Shown piece by piece: positions 35,265-43,043 of a stretch of 43,043 nucleotides of DNA. How positions within the stretch are numbered: the stretch's first letter is position 1; each line of letters opens with the position of its first letter. The translations under genes were made by a program, and so were the position numbers. The notes below the pieces were generated by a model that was not told the DNA's origin, searched no databases, and saw only the letters and a program-made list of their open reading frames with translations. The DNA comes from Nemertoderma westbladi (Eukaryota; Animalia; Xenacoelomorpha), in contig JAUCBJ010000115.1 of the NCBI GenBank assembly GCA_032718475.1, positions 1 to 43,043 of the forward strand. The letters are read 5' to 3'.

Positions 35265-36640
35265 TACAATACAATACTACATATGGTTAATCCTATGGAC
35301 ATATACTTGGCTATATTGTGAGTTTGTCTTTAGAATAATTACAAGTGACCATTATAAGCGCAACCAATTTTTATTTCTCAACAGTTAATTTAAATACAAT
35401 AACATAACTAATTTATCATTATCATACCACATACCATTATCAACATCCACATACCCAACCCTCCATGAATATTAGCCCACCTTCCACGAACCTTCACCCA
35501 CCTTATTTAACCCTTTTCTCACCTCCCATGAATTCTCACCCACCCTCCCAGAACCTTCGCCCACCTTCACCCACCCTCTATCACCATTTGCCCTCCTCCC
35601 GCCGCCGCGGGAGGAGGGGTTGATACCCCTCCTCTATGGAGGGGTATCACCCATTCTCTATGACCATTCGCCAACCTCCCACGAGCTTTCACCAACCCCT
35701 CTGACCATTCGCCAACCTCCCACGAGCTTTCACCAACCCCTCTGTCCCTTTTCTCATCTTCCATTAATCCTTACCCAACCTCGCAGACCCTTGTCTGACC
35801 TTCTATAAATCCTCACCCACACTCTATGACCCTTCTCTCATCTTCCTTCCAAGAATCTTCACCACCCTCTCTGACGCTTCGCCCACCCTCTACGAAACTT
35901 GACCCAACCATCTCTGAACATTGCCGAGCCCGTTGAGGAATGAAGGAGACACTGCAGCCAGTGATAGGTAACATTAAAAAAAATTAGTTCATATCGTAGA
36001 TTTTAACGTACCAGTTATATTTCTCAAACCAATCAAGTGATCATTAAGTGTCTTGTGGTAACTAGATATATTACACAATACTGCAAATGGTCATTCCTAT
36101 GGACATATACTTGGCAATATTGTGAGTTTGTGTTTAGGATTATTACAAGTGACCATTTCAAGCAAACTCACTATTTCTCAAAATTAAATTAAATTACAAC
36201 AATGTAAATAAATTATTAACCCCTCCCACATTCCCAAACCACCCACACCATTTTCTCACCTTCCACGAATCTTCATCCCACCCTCCCTGACCTTTAGACC
36301 ACCTTCACGAATCTTCACCCACCCTCACTGTCGCTTCACCAACCCTCTCTATGCAGACTCTGCACTGCAGACAGTGATAGGTATCATTTAAAATAAATTA
36401 CTTATTAGCTGTTAAAGAAGCAGCTATATTTCCAAACAAACAAGTGATCATTAAGTGTCTTGTATGTATATATGATCTAACACAATACTACATATGGTAT
36501 TTCCTACTGACATATACTTGGCTATATTGTGAGTTTGTATTTAGGATTATTACAAGTGGCCATTATTAGCAAACAGTTACTATTTCTCAAAAGTCAATTT
36601 AAATAACACAACATAACTAATTTGTCATTCACCACCCACC
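35265..36640 (+). repeat. Three diverged long repeat units interleaved with C-rich degenerate minisatellite
   Basis: CAATACT(A/G)CA..GACATATACTTGGC.ATATTGTGAGTTTGT at ~35273, 36077, 36483. Confidence 0.75.
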
Positions 36641-38183
36641 TTGAACATCTCGAACAATCTCGACATCTTTTAAATAAACTGACTGGAACTCCGGTGTCTA
36701 CCCTTTAACCTCTGCATTATAATGTTATATGATAACTATATCAAAACATTTCACTCTAATATACCGGTACCGATAATTCTAAACAATAATTGCAAATTAT
36801 AATTCAACGATTCACTTAATTCAATCATTCCAATATTTTTTATTTGATAGTTTTGATTATACTATAAAACTATATTGTATGTTAAACTGAAAAGGGTTCT
36901 ACAAGTTTACTTTTTTTATCCCTTACAGTGTCTGTCTTTCCATCTTTTAAAGGATTTTACCTTGGATTCAATGTCTATTACAGGGTGTTTTGTCCCAAAC
37001 TGTCCCGTCTGTATGGGTAATTACAGGTGGGACATTTATTACAGGTGGGACAGCGCTTTTAAGCCTAAAATTGGCTAAGCACTTACTCTAACATCTCTCC
37101 CAGTTGTTTAAATGAATTCATGAAGTCCTCAGCTTTCAGAAAATATATAGTTTTCCATACTTATTGAAGAAAAATAATTATGTAAAAAAAACTTTATCCT
37201 GGCCACTATTTTGTGGTTTCACCCATATTTGAATGTGCTCATATTATAATATCTTCGTAGTTACTTTACACTCTCTGTTTGTTGTTAACACATAATTGTT
37301 AAATATTTTGTAATTTGATAAGTTTTATATTCCTTTGATTTCAAATACAGGAGGGAGAGGGGGGGGGGGGGGATTCCTGTCTCGGCGAATTAGCATTGTA
37401 AGGGTCAATGATTAATTTTATTGCTCGTTAATTATCAAGTAGGGGAGAAGGTTATGAGATAAACAAAATGTTTTCATATTCCATTCTTATTCTTCTACTA
37501 TTTTCACTACAGAGTGCAATGCCTTCGCAAATAATCTTGCAAAAGAACATTCGCAATCAGTCAGAGAAGATGTCATTAAGACGTTTAAAACTCGCCAACG
37601 ATTTAAAGCAGGAACCAATAATTAGTCTACTATGGCCGCCACACCCTGGACTACTGTATCTCAACGCCAACTGGGCTGCCACAGACTCCGCTAGCATCCT
37701 CTCCCTCCCTTAGTTATCACTATGGCCAGTACTGGCTTCTATAACTTGTTCTGTGCGTCCATACAGTAGGTATTTGCAAACCAGTACCTACAGTATATAT
37801 TTATTTATAATACATACAATACACTTCTATATATCTATGAATATTCTGTTCTTTTGCAAGATTATTTGCGAAGGCATTGCACACTGTAGTGAAAATAGTA
37901 GAAGAATATGAATGGCGTTGACAGCCAATTTCTAATGATGGACTATTTCCAAGTATATATATATATATATGTTTATTGACAGATATTTTGAGTGAAATAA
38001 CCAGGTACAAATACAAATACAAATAATCCTGGGAAGGGTAATTACATACAATGTAAACAAAACAATAAATGTCCATTAAGAATAATAATACAGGGACTTA
38101 ACGAAAATAAAATTTAAATACTATGTAAGATATAACAGGTGTTAGTAGTGTACAGAGATATAGATAATAAAGTATTTCCGAAT

Positions 38184-39368
38184 TTAACTAAACATCTCTT
38201 GAATCTTGTAACAATAAGCACATAAGCTAGCCAATTTCACTTTAGGGCAACTAAATAGATCATGTTGCAATATAGCAAGTGCTGCTGGTCGAAATGGGAG
38301 AGACCGCCCACGCAGTAGTGTCTCCACTTGTGCCAAAGTTAAAAAAGAATCTTTGACAATCTCGCGGAGATTCGTTGCTGGGTATGTTAATCCCCCTTGA
38401 TTGAGTAGGTCGAAGAATGGCGGGTCGGTTGCTCTTGGTGATGTATCCTCAGCAATGGTATCGTTGCATGTTTTGCATTTATTGCTTTTTAGTAGTTGGT
38501 GAGCAATGTAACCAGCAACGCATACGGTGGCTTCCTTTGTGGCTTCATCTGTTTCGTATACGAATTCAATATGATCCACGCTTTCACAGAGTTACGTGTA
38601 ATTGTTAGTTTTACTTTCCTCGATAACTCTTTCCAACGATTTGCTCTCCTTTAGTATTGATTTCACTCGTAATTCTAATTTCAGAGCGCAAAACCTCCAT
38701 TAAAGTTACCAAAAATCGGAAATCAAAAAGCACATACTCAAAGCTACTATCGAGTAACTCAGTACACAAGTTGGCAATACCCCGGTTTGTCTGAATCAAG
38801 GCGCTTCTAGTTTCTTTAGTTAACAACTTATGAGCTGGTTTTTCAAGCCAATCAGAAAAGTTGTTCAGAAAGTCAACTTTTCCATCGCCTTTCACCATCG
38901 CATTGCCAATAGCTAGAGGATGGAACTTTCTTTTGCGTTGACTACTAACCACCAATTGTTGATAAGACGCAAGAATTTCGCAGTACACTCTTCCGTTGGG
39001 AAATAATAGAGGCACGCTGAAATTGTATATCAATCGAAAATTGCTAATGCGAGGGGAACGTTTTGTTTTTTGTTTCCGAAATGTGTTGCGCCGTATGACA
39101 GTGTAGGAGCTAAACGTAAACAAGTTTCACGTTTTGAGTCAATTTCTTCAATTTTGTAAAGCAGTGACCATTTCACCTGACCAGTGGGAACTGTGAATGT
39201 CCTTCCATTGAGTTTATAATGAAAAGGTTCGCCGATATTGAAATGACCTTGACTTGCCAAATTGTTTCTAATATTTTTCATGATATGGACGGGGTCATAA
39301 AGGGAAAATATTTCCATCAGTTTCTGATTTGATGGTATTCGGTTTATCACCAGGTGAATCCGTTGCAA
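38184..39368 (-). pseudogene. P-element/THAP9-like transposase fragment
   Basis: YDPVHIMKNIRNNL, KQNVPLALAIF, VAGYIAHQL, NQGGLTYP; several frameshifts. Confidence 0.85.
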
Positions 39369-39679
39369 GTTTATTAAAGGCCGATAGATTAGATTTATTT
39401 ATTTAGAACAACATTGGATTTATTGAAGTAATGTAATTCCAGTTAGTGTAGATAGCAAAATTAATAATAATAAGTAAACGGAGCAATACAGCGATATCGT
39501 AAATATATTTCGAATTAATATTATAATTCATTGTCAATAACAAACACAACTAACTAATAGAAGATAGATATATTGAATGTGAGATATGTATGTAATCCTA
39601 ATCGCATAATAATAATAATGGAATAATAACACAGTCCTGCAAACTGGCCTAACTATAGTCACAGTAAGGTACCTAAAAT

Positions 39680-40800
39680 CAACTACTACTAGGATCGGCA
39701 TGCTGCATTGCAGCTGCATTTTTAAGAATGCTGTGCCGGCTTGTCAACAAAATTACGCCGCCACAACTCCCTATCACCCATGACATTTGCTAGATCATCC
39801 GCATCTTTAAGGCCAGTGTCCTTTAAGATGCGTCTCAAGAAAGTCATGGGCTGTCCACCATGCTTATTCACTCCATGGGGCTGCCAAAGTACAAGATTAT
39901 GCACTGGCTGGTCCTCACGGCGAAAGCAATGTCCTGCAAAGCGGAGGCGATTTTGTTCTAGTGTCAAGCTTGGGGGAACCAATGAGACACCTCCAATGTT
40001 ATATAGTGTCTGGTTGGAGATGTGTGCATTGTACTTGACACAATGTACCCGGCGTAGCATTCTTGTGAATGTGCCATCCAGAGATTTGGTGTCCTCAGCA
40101 GTTAGAGCCCAGCATGGACTCCCGTAGAGGAGTACTGGAACTACTGCTGCTCTAAATAATCGGACCTTAAGTTTCCGATTAATTCTAGGTGACTTCCAAA
40201 TCCTGGAAAGCCTATTCAAGGCTGCCCATGCCTTTCCCTTACGTATTCGAAGGTCCTCACCTGACTTCCGGATCCATGATCCCAGGTAACAGAAGTCGTC
40301 CACATGCTCAAGCATACCATCCTTTGAGCTTATGCTCATCCGATCAGAGACTTGCTGAGGACTTTCAAAGTTAACTGTCAGAATTTTGGTCTTTCTGGAG
40401 TTAATAAAAAGACCAACACTAGAAGCAGCATGTTCTAATGAGCTGAGGAGCCGCTGGGCTCCCTCTAATGATTCTGAGAGTACTCCTAAGTCATCAGCAA
40501 AGTCTAGATCAGTTAGGTACTTGGCAGGATTTCCTCGACTTCTGGAGCCAGTAGGTGGAGTTATCATCACCCCATCATCATTATGATGATCTAAGGACAT
40601 GCGTAGAACATAGTCAACCACAATAATGAACAAGAATGGTGCAAGTGTGTCTCCTTGGAGGACGCCCCATAACACTTCAAATGGTTCTGTGTCACCGTCA
40701 ACAGTAGACACAAATGTTGTCGAACCATCGTATACTGATCTGATTGCTGCAATAATTTCATCAGGAATCCCATATAATGAAAGTATGCTGAACATACGTG
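39680..40800 (-). mobile_element. 5'-truncated RTE-clade non-LTR retrotransposon (RT C-terminal 357 aa open, 39722-40795)
   Basis: GVLQGDTLAPFLF, LDFADD, FCYLGS, RLRFAGHCFR; short (TAG)n-like tail. Confidence 0.92.
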
Positions 40801-42269
40801 ATACGTAAAATCAAAACTGTATAATAATACCTAACCCAGTACTAACCTAAGTTGTAATACTGCAAAATACTGAAAATAACCAATGCACTGACTGACAAGA
40901 CAAATAACCACCATACAGTAACTTAACGGATATTATAGCACAAAAGCAGTATAATATAAAAAACACTACATGAGACCACAACTACAGTACTAAACATACA
41001 GTATAATACAAACAATTGGCACAATCACAGAAAGAAAAAATACACATTCTCCCACACATACACACAATGTACTACAAATATTAGTTCATATATTTTTGTA
41101 ATGCCCCTACACTTAAATGGTCAACGTCCACCGATGTCCTTTTACAAAGTACTACAGTACTACAGTACTACAAAGTTACAATGTCCTTTTAGCTGTGCAA
41201 CTGTACTCTGGTATAGCATGAACAACGATTGGTATTGATAATTTCAAGGAAACAATCATGAAGCAAAGAATTCCAGTAAAAAGTTCACCATTATCCTGTT
41301 AGTACGTGTATGGTTACCGGTACTATGAGTTACAATTGTTATTGGCATTTTACTCTGATTATATTCATTTAATAATAATATTACAACTTAATATTACCGA
41401 TTGCAATTGCCGAAAAACGAGGATCAGGAAATGGAATACAGTGGAGGAAATCTGGAAAATTTTCGAAATGTTGTGGTGTGGATAATTTCCAAGCTCAAAT
41501 ATCATCGGATAATGTCCTTTATAAAGTCGATTGCAGTGATAAAAAGGCCAACAAAGATGTCATAACATATATTTTAACACAACATATCATATCAGGATCC
41601 TACATATGCAAATCATGTTATGATTGATAGTGGAAAGCTGAGGTTTGACAATGGCGAACCACCGGTTACAAACCCACCTGAAGACGATTTCCCTTTTGAT
41701 CATAAGATGATGCATGGACTCAAACCATTTATCATTCTCCAGACAGTGGAACAAAAAGCCCCACTTTATTGGTCCCCTCTTTTTTCAGCAACTCTTGTTG
41801 ATATGTTTCATCTCATAGTATTTATTTATTATTATTATTATTTATTATTCATTTATATACAATGCGCAGGAGCACCAAATGGAAGCATCACTGAGATAAA
41901 GCCAAATCTACCCCGACACCATATATATCAGCTGGAGTGACATCCTCACTTACTGGAGGTTTGAATGGTGAATGGTATGCTATGTGCATGAGAAACCCTC
42001 TTAAGTCGGTGTGTCGATATAGACATTCAGTCCTACAGATACCCTTTTAAGACCTTTGCCGCTAACGTGAAAGGCATGTATGAGAGAAAGACATACTCCA
42101 AGCATTTTAGAAACTGTATATAATAGTTATCATTCAAACTACCAGAACCAACTACTAGTAGCAAGACCAGCAATATAAACCAGAAACAATAACCTGGTAA
42201 AACCCCGTAATTTCTAATTATTTATATACTGGTTTGTATTGTGGCCAGGAAAAAAACATTATTGAGGGA

Positions 42270-42670
42270 ATACAAACATTAATGAGAGACTCAAATGTTA
42301 ATCAGGGATACTAACATTAATGAGGGACATACAATAAGGGGCACAAACCATTAATTAGGGACACAAACATTAATCATGGATACAAACATTAATCAAGGAC
42401 ACACATTAAGGGGCACAAACCATTAACACAAACATTTTAATGAGTGACACTAACATTAAACAGGGATACAAACATTAATCAGGGTCACAAACATTAATGA
42501 GAGACACATATTAATCAGGGAGACAAACATTAATGAGGGATATAACAATGATTAATGAGGGACACAAACATTAATAAGGGACTAAAACAGTAATCATAGA
42601 CACTAAAATAAATCGGGAACACAAACATTAATGATGGATTCACATTAATCAGGGGCACAAACATTAATAG
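42270..42670 (+). repeat. ~21-bp minisatellite
   Basis: ACAAACATTAAT(C/G)AGGGA(C/T) units. Confidence 0.85.
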
Positions 42671-42839
42671 GGGTGAATGCTTGACAATGGATATTAATAT
42701 GAGTAATGGTAATGCTTGCCATCAGATGATCAGATATTAAGTGATTAACTGATAAAATACTACCATGGGAACGTGAGCTTTGATCAAAGTAGCGCCGTGA
42801 TAATAATAAGCCGTTAAATAATAATAATAATAAATTAAA

Positions 42840-43043
42840 TCGCTAAAGCTTAACAGAAATGTGCTAATATCGGTATTTATAGGTTTTCTAAGGTGCTGAT
42901 GCGATTAAAAATAGTTTCAAAATATGTAGTGGCACAGAAGTGCCACTTTATAGTATGTGGCACATGTATTTGGCATGGCAAAAAATATCCAAATTGCTAA
43001 AACATAACAGAAATGTGCCATTATCAGTATTTATATATTCTGT
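42840..43043 (-). repeat. Inverted copy of the ~154-bp repeat family
   Basis: GGTGCTGATGCGATT..AATAGTTTCAAA..GTGCCACTTTA is the reverse complement of the 31.3-32.0 kb unit. Confidence 0.75.

Noticed and set aside
41380-41940. Possible host exon (106-aa ORF)
   Set aside because: No recognisable domain and it runs into (TAT)n low complexity.

Overview
AT-rich, repeat-dense eukaryotic (probably invertebrate animal) DNA made almost entirely of transposon remnants. The centrepiece is a 16.4-kb BEL/Pao LTR retrotransposon (10246-26674) with ~1.9-kb LTRs that are about 99% identical by eye, a TTGAC target-site duplication and a decayed gag-pol. It has several atypical features: (i) no tRNA-type PBS; instead the 12 nt abutting the 5' LTR are the exact complement of a 12-mer inside the LTR, suggesting Tf1-like self-priming; (ii) TA...TA rather than TG...CA ends; (iii) a tRNA-like Pol III cassette in each LTR; (iv) a non-env third ORF with bHLH-like and Zn-finger-like patterns behind a splice acceptor; (v) 13 dispersed same-strand copies of a 17-nt quasi-palindrome; (vi) antisense complementarity between the ORF3 leader and the LTR. 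The element splits a non-LTR ORF1-like gene that rejoins in frame when the insertion is removed. About 1 kb to the left lies an intronless 95-aa GTSF1/Asterix-like gene. The flanks hold RTE, piggyBac, Kolobok-like, pogo, P-element and Polinton-like fragments, MITEs and tandem repeats. All calls come from reading the sequence by eye; no database searches were run.
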